DNA of 64,000 bases from Macrostomum lignano (lineage: Eukaryota): NCBI GenBank assembly GCA_002269645.1, contig NIVC01000056.1, forward strand, positions 620,001-684,000. Direction: 5' to 3'. This document shows positions 52,172-64,000 of this stretch, piece after piece (positions within the stretch are counted from its first letter, which is position 1; every line of letters starts with the position of its first letter). A program made the translations under genes and the position numbers. Below the pieces are notes generated by a model. It searched no databases and had not been told where the DNA came from. It worked only from the letters and a program-made list of their open reading frames with translations.

Positions 52172-55100
52172 TTACAGATTCCTGGAAAACACCTTGTGCA
52201 GGCCGTGAACCAGCACCGTAGGCGGTAAATCCTTGGTCAGAATGTCTATCTGCTCCAAGTATTGGGCATGCATGCTGAAAGGTAGTTTATGGTAGAAATA
52301 TTTCACATAAAATTAATAAATACTAAATACTAAATAATATTATATGTGTAGTATATTTTGTAGATTTTTAACGAAATATTTTTTCGCAACGCACTTTTCG
52401 ATACATATCGGTTTAATCGGTTCTAATAGAATAATCAACATATAAAGCGGTTTAAAGTTAGTTTATAAAGTTCCAGTTTCCTAGTTTATAAAGTTCCAGT
52501 TTCCTAGTTTATAAAGTTCCAGTTTCCATATCGAATAATTTCTTTTTAAAAAGACCTTACGCCTAAAATTAGTAGACAACTCGTTTTTGAAGTAGTTTTC
52601 GATACATATCGGGCTTTGATTTGGGATTCCTACAAGAATCGAGCCTCACCGAGGATCGCTAGGCGGCCGAGGCAGGTAGAGAAAAGCGGCAGCAGTTTCC
52701 GGACTTTGCAGCCGAATGCACTGATTGGCAGCTGTCAGATAGGCCGAGCTGATAGCTCCATCTGACATTGGGTTGGCCTCGCCGACAACGTGTTGCCAAT
52801 CTAATATGTGAGTCTGCGCCTGCGGTTGAAATGAAAAATTATATAATGATGCCTATAAAAAATTAATAATGATGAGAATTGGGTAATGAATAATTGATAC
52901 ATTCGATAATAACAAATGAAAAATATTGTTACATAATTGATGAAAATAAGAACAGATACAACTAGTAGCTACCGACGAACCATTTTTAGTAAATCAAGAA
53001 GACTGATGAATAATCGATGCATTAGATAATAATCAATAAATTAAAATTGTTAAAAAATCAAAAATATATGTACGAATCGATAATTGATACTATTGAATAG
53101 TGGATAAATTGTAAGACATTGATAAGTTGTAAGCAATTGATATTTCTGAATAATTGATAAATTGTAAGCAATTGATATTTCTGAATAATTGATAAATTGT
53201 AAGCAATTGATATTTCTGAATAATTGATAAATTGTAAGCAATTGATATTTCTGAATAATTGATAAATTGTAAGCAATTGATATTTCTGAATAATTGATAA
53301 ATTGTAAGAAATTGATATTTCTGAATAATTGATAAATTGTAAGCAATTGATATTTCTGAATAATTGATAAATTGTAAGAAATTGATATTTCTGAATAATT
53401 GATAAATTGTAAGAAATTGATATTTCTGAATAATTGATAAATTGTAAGAAATTGATATTTCTGAATAATTGATAAATTGTAAGAAATTGATATTTCTGAA
53501 TAATTGATAAATTGTAAGAAATTGATATTTCTGAATAATTGATCAATTATAAGAAATCGATACTTCTGAATATTCGATAAATTAGAAAAAAATCGATATT
53601 TCCGAATAAGCGATATATTAACTGATTCAAATAATCGATAATCATAGACAATAGATACGGATGCAATTTTCATATCACCTCATGCCTATAAGTTATAAAC
53701 CCTTATGAGTAGTAAGATGTGCACCTGAATTCTCAAATCTCCGAGCAGCAAGTCCAGCTGTTTGGTCAGCTCGTCTAAGTTGCTACCAGCGTCAACGCAC
53801 AGAAACACCCGAATTCGGCAGTCTCGGCGCCAGCGTCGAGACGAATTCAGAATGCAGGCAAACTGCAGCTGCAGCAGGCAGGTGGTATCGATGTAGCCTT
53901 TCAGGCCTGGCTGAAAGAAATTCACCGGCCAAACATCGATTTGCCGTTTCCCCCGACCGCCCAGGCCGTTTGAGTCCAAGGCGTGCATGTGGCGCAGCAC
54001 CAGCAGCTCCTTGCCCATCTGCAGCACGTCGCCCAGCAGTCGAGTATAGTCGCTAGGCGTGGCAACATCCCGAGTTGATGATGGAGTTGAAAACCAGCCG
54101 TGATGCTGGGACGGACTGGCCGACAAGTTGATGACGCCCGGCTCGTGAGATTGCTGATCGGCTGCTGATAAAATACTTGAGCTTATAGACACTTGAGCTT
54201 ATAGATAATTGAGCTTATAGATACTTGAGCTTATAGATAATTGAGCTTATAGATACTTGAGCTTATAGATAATTGAGCTTATAGATACTTGAGCTCATAG
54301 ATACTTGACCTTAAAAATAATTGAGCTTATAGACACTTGAGCTTATAGACACTTGAGCTTATAGACACTTGAGCTTATAGACACTTAAGCTTACTCACCC
54401 AAACGAGCCGCCTCTCGAACAGCCGCGCTCTCATAAAACCCCAGGCAGACCGTGTTTGGCTTCATTCCGCCCAGACCTGAGATTCTTATCAACTGCTGAG
54501 CACCAGCTCGAACATCGGGTGCCAATGTCAGCTCAACGAATGCTTTCACTTTGAGCTCGTCAACAATTGATAGCCATTCTGGCATTGCCTCCTCCGAGGG
54601 GTCAATCACCATCTGCTCCAGGTTCAGTACCGACGGGAACACGTGACCCAAAACGTATAAACCGCCTTTCTTTAAATCGTTAACAAACTTGATCATTTGG
54701 GCGTTTTGACGAGGATGCAAGATTAGCAAAATGATTTGGGGTCGCCAGTACTTGACATGGTATTTGCGCGGATCAAGCATTAGCATGTACTTGCGAACCT
54801 GAAATTGTTATTAATTAATTACTAACATTGAGTGCATCAACAATACGTAAATTTCATTGTGTTTAAAACAGGTAAATACCCCGATACAGGTAAAAAAACA
54901 AGTATCCAAACAGGTAAAACCGGTGTCTGAACAGGTAACACCGGTGTCTGAACAGGTAAAACCGGTGTCTGAACATGTAAAACTGGTATCTGAACAGGTA
55001 AAACCGGTGCCTGAACAGGTAAAAACCGGTGTCTGAACAGGAAAAAAACGGTGTCTAAACAGGTAAAAACCGGTGTCTGAACAGGTAAAACCGGTGTCTG

Positions 55101-58100
55101 AACAGGTAAAACCGGTGCCTGAACAGGTAAAAACCGGTGTCTGAACAGGAAAAAACGGTGTCTGAACAGGTAAAACCGGTGTCTGAACAGGTATAACCGG
55201 TGTCTGAACAGGTTAAAACCGGTGTCTGAACAGGTAAAAATGGTATCTGAACAGGTAAAACCGGTGTCTGAACAGGTAAAAATGGTATCTGAACAGGTAA
55301 AACCGGTGTCTGAACAGGTAAATACCCGTGTCTGAACAGGTAAATACCCGTGTCTAAACAGGTAAATATCTGCATCTAAACCGGTAAATACGTGAATACA
55401 AGTAAAACAAAATGTATCCAAACAGGTAAAATCTTTTTTTTAAAATCAATAATAAATGCAGCAACTAACCTGATGAAAGATGAGTGCCTGCGATATTGAT
55501 CCCCAGTTGTCAGGCAGAGATCGCAGATGCAAGACAATCATGAGTCCCAGCATAATCATAATGCTAATGGGAGTATAAATATAGCTAACTAGGAATCCCA
55601 TTACTAAGGACCCGAACAAGCCAGTGAGAGAGGCGCTCCAATGAAACAGTTTAAATTTTGGTCGAAAATTTGGGGCCGATGCCAAGTCCAAAGCCGCGCA
55701 GGCCAAGTTGGTGCTGGCGTAGGCAAGCAGGAAGAAACACGTGACGATTGGAGCGATCAGGTTCAGGCTGCCGATGAGGAGTACCAGCTGCGGGGTTTAG
55801 GTCAGGTTATTAATTAGTATTGGAATTATTCTGGTGAGGAAATGATTCTGATAAAAAAATAAGATTTTTTAAAGTAAAATGATACGGGTAAGTGATAAAT
55901 GATTTAAGTAAAGGAAAAATGATTCTGGTAAAATGTAAAGATGATTCAGGTAAAAATAAACGATGATTCAGGTAAAATATACGATGATTCAGGTAAAATA
56001 TACGATGATTCAGGTGACATATACGATGATTCAGGTAAAATATACGATGATTCAGGTAAAATATACGATGATTCAGGTAAAAATACGGTGATTCAGGTAA
56101 AATATACGGTGATTCAGGTAAAATATACTATCATTCAGGTAAAATATACGGTAATTCAGGTAAAATATACGATGATTCAGGTAAAATATACGATCATTCA
56201 GGTAAAATATACGATCATTCAGGTAAAATATACGATCATTCAGGTAAAATATAGGATGATTCAGGTAAAAAGATAAATGATTCAAAAAGAAAAAAAGAAT
56301 TCTGATATCACGATTTATTTCAAAAGCATCACTGCATCCGGAGGTAAATGCAACGTAAAACAGGGTAAGGGAACTAACAAGAAAGAAATAATTTAATTTC
56401 ATGATTACACTTCTTAATTAGGCAACGCACAGGGCTCATTCTTTCAAATGCACAGAATGTTCGCAGGCCTTACAGAATTTTCGCAGGGCAGACAGACAGA
56501 CAGGCATAACTGAAGTTGCACCCCCTCCCAGCTAAACTGTACAAAAGCGTAGAGTGACAGGCAGAAAGTAACTTGACGAACTGAACTAAACCGGTTCTTG
56601 GCTGCTCTGCTATTTTTAGTCGCAAGCGATTTCTGAAAGGCTGCGCCCAGAAACTGACACTCTGGGAGGCTGACCCAGCAACTGAGGATCTGGGACGCTG
56701 GCCCAGCAACTGAGAATCTGGGAGGCTGACCCAGCAACTGAGGATCTGGGAGGCTGGTGGCCCAGTAACTGAGGATCTGGGAGGCTGGTGCCCAGTAACT
56801 GAGGATCTGGGAGGCTGGCCCAGCAACTGAGGATCTGGGAGGCTGACCCAGCAACTGAGGATCTAGGAGGCTGGCTCAGCAACTGAGGCTCTAGGAGGTT
56901 GGCCCAGCAACTGGGGATCTGGGAGGCTGGTGGCCCAGTAACTGAGGATCTGGGAGGCTGGTGGCCCAGTAACTGAGGATCTGGGAGGCAGGCCCAGCAA
57001 CTGAGGATCTGGGAGGCTGGCCCAGCAACTGAGGATCTGGGAGGCTGGCCCAGTAACTGAGGATCTGGGAGGCTGGCCCAGCAACTGAGGATCTGGGAGG
57101 CTGGCTCAGCAACTGAGGCTTTAGGAGGCTGGCCCAGCAACTTGGGATCTGGGAGGCTAGTGGCCCAGTAACTGAGGATCTGGGAGGCTGGCCCAGCAAC
57201 TGAGGATCTGGGAGGCTGGAGATCTGGAAACTGAGGATCTGGGAGGCTGGCCTAGCAACTGAGGATCTGATAGAATAAGGAGCTGGTAGACGGGGTGTCT
57301 GGTAGACTGAGAATGACTGGTACATACGAGGTAGAGCTCTCTAGTAGATCTCGTGGCACATTCACAATCAAAGCAATTGCACAGATGTAAAAAAATCTGG
57401 AGAAAAGAAGTGCCTCACCATCACTAGGCAAAACGAGATGGCCACAGCAGGAATCGGGTTGCCCCCAGCAACGGTGACAGCCGCAGGCTTTAGCGGCAAT
57501 CCAAACAGGCCATCCTTGGCCAAAGCGTGCAAAATCCTTGAGGCACCAATTAAATTTCCCAGAGCGGCAGACAGTGTCGCAGCGGACAGTCCAATCACAA
57601 CGAATCCCGACCAGTAATTGATGGGGATTAGGAAGCTGTAATTATTGATTAGCAGCTCATACTGGCAACTGGCTGCGATGGTGAGTCCGAGTAGGATGTA
57701 GCAGAGGAATGTGAACAGAGTTGCCAACAGGGTGCCCCGAGGAATTGACTCGGATGGCTTGCGGAGCTCGCCTTGAAATTAAAATTGATTGTTGTCTTTT
57801 TGGTAGCTAATTACCTAATTAGATAGGTGTTCGGTAGTTAATTACCTAATTAGATATATGTTCGGTAGCTAATTACCTAATTAGATAGGTGTTCGGTAGT
57901 TAATTACCTAATTAGATAGATGTTCGGTAGCAAATTACCTGATTAGATAGGTGTTCGGTAGCTAATTACCTAATTAGATAGGTGTTCGGTACCAAATTAC
58001 CTAATTAGATAGGTGTTCGGTAGCTAATTATCTAATTAGATAGGTGTTCGGTAGCTAATTACCTAATTCGGCAAATGTTTGGTAGCTAATTACCTAATTA

Positions 58101-58487
58101 GATAGGTGTTCGGTAGGTAGTTAATTAAATCGTACGAGAGTTTGACCTCATTTCAGATTACTAACATTGGCTCTTTTGTAAACAAATGAGATTTTTCTTA
58201 CCTGACAAATTGGCTCCATTCATAATGCCGGTGACGCTAGAGAATAAAATGGCAAATACTCGAGCGAAACTCATACTGGATGGGTCATCGATTGTGTAAT
58301 CCGGGCTGTAGTGTGACTTGCTATTCTCTAGGAACATGTCTAAATTGGGTCCGGTAAAGTTGTAATACACCGTACTGTTCGTGTCGTTTCCTGGATAAAC
58401 GTACTTATTAGGATGCGGAATTGGCACCCTAAACGGTGGGTGAAAGAGCAGAGACACTACCACGGATATGTAGCAGACGAGCAGGAT
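52172..58487 (-). CDS. SLC12A9: SLC12A9 (CIP1)-like cation-chloride cotransporter family protein, 5'-incomplete
   Basis: Exons 58487-58202, 57771-57419, 55787-55470, 54798-54399, 54164-53725, 52819-52650, 52274-52172. Motifs VTGIMNGANLSGEL.KPS.SIP.GT, ASAPNFRP.F..F.W, WGSISQALIFHQVRKY.L.LD.RK.HVKYWRPQ, GLGGMKPNT and C-terminal LPPTVLVHG. Confidence 0.9.
53110..53590. repeat. Minisatellite, 35-bp AT-rich unit
   Basis: Tandem AATTGATATTTCTGAATAATTGATAAATTGTAAGC in an SLC12A9-like intron. Confidence 0.95.
54175..54390. repeat. Minisatellite, 18-bp unit GAGCTTATAGATACTT(GA)
   Basis: Intronic tandem copies. Confidence 0.92.
54880..55430. repeat. Minisatellite, ~21-bp unit AACAGGTAAAACCGGTGTCTG
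   Basis: Intronic tandem copies. Confidence 0.93.
55920..56275. repeat. Minisatellite, 21-bp unit GATGATTCAGGTAAAATATAC
   Basis: Intronic tandem copies. Confidence 0.93.
56665..57270. repeat. Minisatellite, 28-31-bp unit GGCCCAGCAACTGAGGATCTGGGAGGCT
   Basis: Intronic tandem copies. Confidence 0.94.
57800..58125. repeat. Minisatellite, 31-bp unit TTCGGTAGCTAATTACCTAATTAGATAGGTG
   Basis: Intronic tandem copies. Confidence 0.93.
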
Positions 58488-58525
58488 CTGGAAGATTTAA
58501 CACATTTAAAAATATTGTGAACGGC

Positions 58526-58953
58526 CATGGATAAAGACGATAAACCAACTTGGATATCGACGATAAACAAACTTGGATATCCACGACATTCCAACTTGGA
58601 TATCGACGATAAACCAACTTGGATATCGACGATAAACCAACTTGGATATCCACGATATTCCAACTTGGATATCGACGATAACCCAACTTGGATATCCACG
58701 ATATTCCAACTTGGATATCGACGATAACCCAACTTGGATATCCACGATATTCCAACTTGGATATCGACGATAACCCAACTTGGATATTTACGATATTCCA
58801 ACTTGGATATCGACGATAAACCAACTTGTATATTTACGATATTCCAACTTGGATACCGACGATAAACCAACTTGGATATTACGATATTCCAACTTGGATA
58901 CCGACGATAAACCAACTTGGATATCCACGACATTCCAACTTGGACATCCACGA
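58526..58953. repeat. Minisatellite, 21-bp unit CCAACTTGGATATC(G/C)ACGATA
   Basis: Intronic tandem copies ending at the Gypsy 5' LTR. Confidence 0.93.
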
Positions 58954-59227
58954 TGTGGTGACTTGGCTGGGTTGATTTTATTCTTTATTCAGTGTTTGGG
59001 GGTGGTGTTTTTACCTGTTTCACTCTGTGCGCTTTTCTACAATATCTTGATGTACTCTCTTACTTATGTACGTTCTTGAATCTGTCTACTTTTGTTCTCC
59101 ACCCCTAAGCCTTATCCACTAAATGTATCGTGCTCAATATTTACAATATAAATCGCAGTCGCTTGCCTCGTATCAAGCGTTTATCGTTCTACAATCTAAA
59201 GTGAAGTCTTTACACTGGCGACGAGCC

Positions 59228-60675
59228 ATGAGCTTGTTGGGCTCAATTGAACCCTTTGAAGAGGGGAGTGAAAAATGGCAGCAGTATCAAGCCAGATTGG
59301 AGCAGTTCTTCGAGGCGAACGACATCAAACCTGAAAAGCAGCGTGCGGTTCTTCTGAGCGTCTGCGGCAGGAAGACCTACCAGCTGATCGCCAGCCTGCT
59401 GTCTCCGCAAGAGCCGGCCAAGTCTGACTACGCTACGATCTGCGAAAAGTTAAAAGATCATTTTGATCCTGCACCGCCCGAGATTGTGCTCCGTTTCCGG
59501 TTTTACAGCCGCGGCCGTCAGCCTGGCGAAACCATCGCCGATTTTCTCGCCGAGCTGCGCAGATTGGCGCAGGATTGCAACTTCGGTGACAGCCTGAGTG
59601 CCATGCTCAGAGACCGCCTCGTGCTCGGCATTAATGACGACACCATCCAGCGGAGACTGCTGTCAGAGAAAAATTTGACGCTTGACACCGCGTTGACTCT
59701 GGCACAGGCTCAGGCATTGGCTGCTGAAGGCAACTCGCTTGTGACGAAATCCGCTAGCCAAGAGGCCTTCCAGATCGCCAGACAGACGGCGTCAGCGAAG
59801 CGCTGTTTCAGATGCCTCTCCCAGAGACATGTGGCAAGCAAGTGTCCCTTTCTGGAAAAGAAGTGTTTCAACTGCTCGAAGGTGGGCCACACAGCTGCGG
59901 CCTGCAAGTCGCCCGCAGCTGCCAATCGTCGCACGGACCAGGCCGTTAGAGAGGTGGAAGTAGACCAAGAGGAGGCGCATACGCTGCATGTGATGGCTGA
60001 GCCGAGGACCAAGATTCCGCCGATTGAGACGACTGTCATCATCGAGGAGACGCCTATTCGAATGGAGATTGACACTGGTGCATCCGTCTCGCTCATCTCA
60101 TCGGATACCTTTCGCTCTGAGCTCCGCGGGCTGCCCAAGCTGGAACCGGCCAACGCACAGCTACGTACATATTCAGGGGAGCCGGTTCCTCTACTCGGCA
60201 AAATCAACGTCTGCGTGCGTATCGGAGAGATCTCCAAGGAGCTCTCGCTACTCGTCGTCAAGGGCTCCGGATCGAATCTGATCGGCCGGGACTGGCTGGC
60301 CGACTTGCCCCTGGACTGGAGAAGCATCAACCAGGTGCAAAAAGACGGTGAGCACCCCAGAATCCGAGCCTTGCTGGAAAAGTATGCAGCTGTTTTCGAG
60401 CCCGGGCTGGGTCAGTACAACGGTCCACCTGTGCAACTGCATTTGAAGCTTGATGCCCGGCCTCGCTTTTTTAAAGCTCGCAACGTTCCGTTTGCGCTCA
60501 AGGCTAAGGTGGAGGCTCAACTTGAAAAGGAGATTGAGCAGGGCGTGCTCAAGCCAGTCAGCAGCTCAGATTATGCATCGCCGATTGTTCCCGTTCTGAA
60601 ATCAGACGGCACCGTGCGCATCTGTGCCGACTTTAAGCAGACCGTCAACCTCGCCGTGGAGCCGGACAAGTACCC
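59228..60675 (+). CDS. Gypsy gag-protease and RT N-terminus
   Basis: MSLLGSIEPF start; two CCHC knuckles (CFRCLSQRHVASKC, CFNCSKVGHTAAAC); protease DTGAS; RT start RIC.DFK..VN. Confidence 0.92.
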
Positions 60676-63066
60676 TTGCCGCGAATCGAGGAACTTTTTG
60701 CAAAGCTGGCAGGCGGGAAAAAGTTCACTAAGCTCGACTTGTCGCAGGCTTACTCCCAGATGCCACTCGATGAAGCTGCCCAGCAGATCTGCACTATAAA
60801 CACTTCCAAAGGCCTGCTTCGCTATACCCGCCTCCCGTTCGGTGTCGCGCCGGCCGTTGGAATTTTCCAGCGCCACATGGACAGCCTGCTGCAGACCATT
60901 CCCCATGTGGCCTGCTTCATCGATGACCTGATTATCACCGGGGTTGACGACGAGAGCCATTTGCAATCGCTGGAACAGGTGCTGCAACGGCTGCACCAAA
61001 GTGGACTGCGCTGCGGCCTGAGCAAGTGTAACTTCATGCAGGACAGCGTCTGCTATCTGGGTCATCGGATCGATGCCGCTGGCCTGCATCCCCTGCAAGA
61101 CAAAGTGCGCGCCATCGTGGACGCTCCGGCACCGCAGGACGTGACCCAGCTACGCAGCTTCCTCGGAATGGTCAACTATTACAGCAAGTTCCTGCCGAAC
61201 CTGTCAGCCGAGTTGGCCCCGCTGCACCGCTTGCTAAACCAAGGCGCCGACTGGTGCTGGGGCGCTTCGCAGGATGCCGCCTTTAAGAAGTGCAAGGCGC
61301 TGCTCGCCAAAGCGCCAGTCCTCGCGCATTTCGACGACACAAAGCCGTTGGTGCTGGAGTGCGACGCCTCCCCGTACGGCATCGGCGCCGTCATCTGTCA
61401 TCGGGTTGATGGTTGCGATCGGCCGATCGCTTTCGCTTCGCGTTCCCTGCACGATGCCGAGGCGAAGTACTCGCAACTGGACAAAGAAGCTCTGGCGATC
61501 GTTTTCGGGGTAAAAAGATCTCACTCCTACCTCTACGGCCGGAAATTCACCCTCGTCAGCGACCACAAGCCGTTGCTAGGACTCCTGCATGAGTCTAAGC
61601 CGATTCCCGCCATGGCGTCCGGAAGGATTCAGAGGTGGGCGCTCATCCTGGCGGGCTACAGCTACTCGATGGAACACCGATCTGGCAAATCACTACTGCG
61701 TGCGGACGCACTGAGCCGACTGCCACTGCCTGAAAGGCCAACGAAGGCCCCAACACCTGCGGACGTTGTCCTGGTCATGGACATGCTGGGCGAAGGGCCA
61801 GTGACCGCCGGCGACATTCGAGCCTGGACCCGAACTGACCCGGTCCTGTCAAAGGCGCTGCGCTTCACGGAGGTCGGCAACTGGCCTGAGCGGACCGTGC
61901 CAGAGTTGCAGCCGTACAGATCCAGGGCCAACCAGCTGAGTACTCAAGACGGCTGCCTTCTCTGGGGAACTCGAGTCATCGTTCCAGAGGCAGGCCGGAC
62001 AGCCCTTCTCCATTGTTTGCACCAAGGACATCAGGGCGCATCTAGGATGAAGGCGCTGGCCCGCAGTTTCTTCTGGTGGCCAAAGCTGGACGAGGCAATT
62101 GAGCAGCTCGCCGGCGCTTGTTCGGACTGCCAGGAGCTGCAGAAGTCACCGGGACCTGCGCCGCTGCATCCCTGGGCCTGGCCTGACAGGACGTGGTCGC
62201 GCCTTCATCTGGATTTCGCGGGTCCGATCGAAGGGAAAATGCTGCTGGTGATTGTCGACGCCCATTCCAAGTGGATGGAGGTACATGTGTTGGCGTCAGC
62301 AACTTCAACGGCAACCATCCAGCGGCTGCGGCAGAGCTTCGCTACACATGGGCTGCCGGACATCGTCGTGACGGACAATGGGCGCAACCTGGTCAGCGAT
62401 GAAATGGAAGATTTTCTGCAGCGGAACGGCATCCGGCACGTACGAACTGCCCCGTACCACCCGGCGTCAAATGGGCAAGCGGAGCGCGCTGTCCAGACCC
62501 TGAAGAAGTCGCTCGCTAAGCAAAAAGAAGGCTCACTAGAAGATCGAGTGGCGCGCTTCCTGCTTACCTACCGCGTGACGCCCCATGCGACGACCGGCGC
62601 GCCACCTTGCGAGCTGCTGATGGGGAGGCGGCTGCGCACACTGCTCGATCGAGTTCGGCCGGACCTACAAGCCAGAGTGGCGCTCCAACAAGCGATGCAG
62701 AAGCAGCAACACGACGCCCATGCCCATGACCGCCGCATCGAGATGGGCGACGCCGTCGTCGCGAGGGATTTCGCTGCTGATGGCAGGTGGAAGCCTGCTA
62801 TTGTGACCAACTGCTCTGGGGCTGCGTCTTTCTCCTGCCAGTTCGACGATGGTCGAGAAGTCCGTCGGCACATCGATCAAGTGCGCAAGCCGCCGGAGCC
62901 TCCGGCGCCTTCCGAAGCCGAGCAACCGCCATGTGTCGAGGTGCCTGACGATCAACCAGAGGCTCCTGCAGAGACGCCTGGCCAGGCACCAGAGTTGAGA
63001 TCTGAGGCGCCAATTCGACGTTCGACCAGGGCGAGAGCTGAACCTGACCGGCTGCGCTACCAGTGA
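60676..63066 (+). CDS. Gypsy pol remainder (RT, RNase H, integrase), out of frame by 1 nt with the upstream part
   Basis: RLPFG, FIDD, YLGH, CDAS.YGIGA, YSQLDKEALA, SDHKPL, HHCC Zn finger, HLDFAG, TDNG, SNGQAER. Confidence 0.93.
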   Translation: MPRIEELFAKLAGGKKFTKLDLSQAYSQMPLDEAAQQICTINTSKGLLRYTRLPFGVAPAVGIFQRHMDSLLQTIPHVACFIDDLIITGVDDESHLQSLEQVLQRLHQSGLRCGLSKCNFMQDSVCYLGHRIDAAGLHPLQDKVRAIVDAPAPQDVTQLRSFLGMVNYYSKFLPNLSAELAPLHRLLNQGADWCWGASQDAAFKKCKALLAKAPVLAHFDDTKPLVLECDASPYGIGAVICHRVDGCDRPIAFASRSLHDAEAKYSQLDKEALAIVFGVKRSHSYLYGRKFTLVSDHKPLLGLLHESKPIPAMASGRIQRWALILAGYSYSMEHRSGKSLLRADALSRLPLPERPTKAPTPADVVLVMDMLGEGPVTAGDIRAWTRTDPVLSKALRFTEVGNWPERTVPELQPYRSRANQLSTQDGCLLWGTRVIVPEAGRTALLHCLHQGHQGASRMKALARSFFWWPKLDEAIEQLAGACSDCQELQKSPGPAPLHPWAWPDRTWSRLHLDFAGPIEGKMLLVIVDAHSKWMEVHVLASATSTATIQRLRQSFATHGLPDIVVTDNGRNLVSDEMEDFLQRNGIRHVRTAPYHPASNGQAERAVQTLKKSLAKQKEGSLEDRVARFLLTYRVTPHATTGAPPCELLMGRRLRTLLDRVRPDLQARVALQQAMQKQQHDAHAHDRRIEMGDAVVARDFAADGRWKPAIVTNCSGAASFSCQFDDGREVRRHIDQVRKPPEPPAPSEAEQPPCVEVPDDQPEAPAETPGQAPELRSEAPIRRSTRARAEPDRLRYQ

Positions 63067-63414
63067 CTCTGAACTGTTCTTCTATGGACTGTGAACTGAT
63101 TTGCGTCTTTTTATTCCCTTTTTAATCCAACGCTTAATCCTTGTGGGGAGGAGTGTGGTGACTTGGCTGGGTTGATTTTATTCTTTATTCAGTGTTTGGG
63201 GGTGGTGTTTTTACCTGTTTCACTCTGTGCGCTTTTCTACAATATCTTGATGTACTCTCTTACTTATGTACGTTCTTGAATCTGTCTACTTTTGTTCTCC
63301 ACCCCTAAGCCTTATCCACTAAATGTATCGTGCTCAATATTTACAATATAAATCGCAGTCGCTTGCCTCGTATCAAGCGTTTATCGTTCTACAATCTAAA
63401 GTGAAGTCTTTACA

Positions 63415-63700
63415 CTGGCGACCAGCCATGAGAACTTGTTGAGGCTCAATTGAACCCTTGAAGAGGGGAGTGAAAAATGGCAGCAGTATCAAGCCAGATT
63501 GGAGCGAGTTCTTCGAGGCGAACGACATAAACCTGAAACGCAGCGTGCGGTTCACGATCTTGCGATCCAGGATAGACGATACCAACTGGATCGCAGCCTC
63601 CTGTCTCCAATTTGAGCAAGGCCAATCTACCGATCTACGCTGCACACATGAAAATTAAGAAGATCATTTGCCTACCCAGAGATTGCTGGCTCACATTTAC
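63415..63700 (+). pseudogene. Indel-riddled second copy of the Gypsy PBS and gag start after the 3' LTR
   Basis: CTGGCGACCAGCCATGAG... follows 59215 onward with increasing indels, then similarity is lost. Confidence 0.75.
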
Positions 63701-64000
63701 CTTCCTTGCTGTTAGGCATTTAGTAATTTAACTACACACACGTAGCTTATTTCTTATCATTAAGAAATATCAGTAACATATTTGCTGACCGAACGTCACA
63801 AATATTTCAAGTCTTATTACAAGTGTAGCACGCAGATTAATATCGCGTAGTTTGCGCATAAAACTCTGTGTTTATTTCATTCAAGCATAGCGGACACCAT
63901 GGTCGCATAGAATTAAGCCAACTAACTATATGAACTGAATCAGATACTATAACTTGCATTTTCATCGTTTTTTGTAGGTATAGGGCTTTTTAAGTAGAAA

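Larger units (their letters stand above)
58954..63414 (+). mobile_element. Ty3/Gypsy LTR retrotransposon (Mag-like), ~4.46 kb
   Basis: 261-bp LTRs (TG...CA) at 58954-59214 and 63154-63414, identical by eye. PBS TGGCGACGAG at 59216-59225, complementary to the 3' end of a tRNA-Ser(GCU) type. PPT GGGGAGGAG at 63145-63153. Domain order gag-PR-RT-RH-IN. Confidence 0.95.

Noticed and set aside
60671-60680. Programmed gag-pol ribosomal frameshift
   Set aside because: The shift lies inside RT, downstream of the protease, with no slippery heptamer, so a mutation or sequencing error fits better.

Overview
Repeat-rich animal genomic DNA with GC-rich exons, short GT-AG introns and a different micro- or minisatellite in almost every intron. 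This style resembles a free-living flatworm such as Macrostomum (inference only). Host genes reconstructed by hand from splice phases: a 5'-incomplete Notch receptor (+, ~615-5500), an ankyrin-repeat protein fused to a catalytically dead caspase domain (-, 6754-9536), a TRPA1-like channel of which only the transmembrane and C-terminal half is visible (+, 11337-22363), a VGLUT-like SLC17 transporter (+, 46537-49405) and a 5'-incomplete SLC12A9-like transporter (-, 52172-58487). Mobile DNA: an intact LOA-like non-LTR retrotransposon (16685-21642); an 18.4-kb element with ~1.23-kb terminal inverted repeats and a 6-bp target-site duplication (23541-41960) that shows no recognisable transposition or viral genes and carries a 623-bp tandem array plus a nested 2.1-kb TIR element; a Gypsy LTR element (58954-63414); a tRNA-headed SINE-like repeat in three copies; and a foldback element. 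The strongest leads are the ankyrin-pseudocaspase, the giant Polinton-like TIR element and a Notch lacking LNR-A. All assignments were made by eye, and no database search was run.
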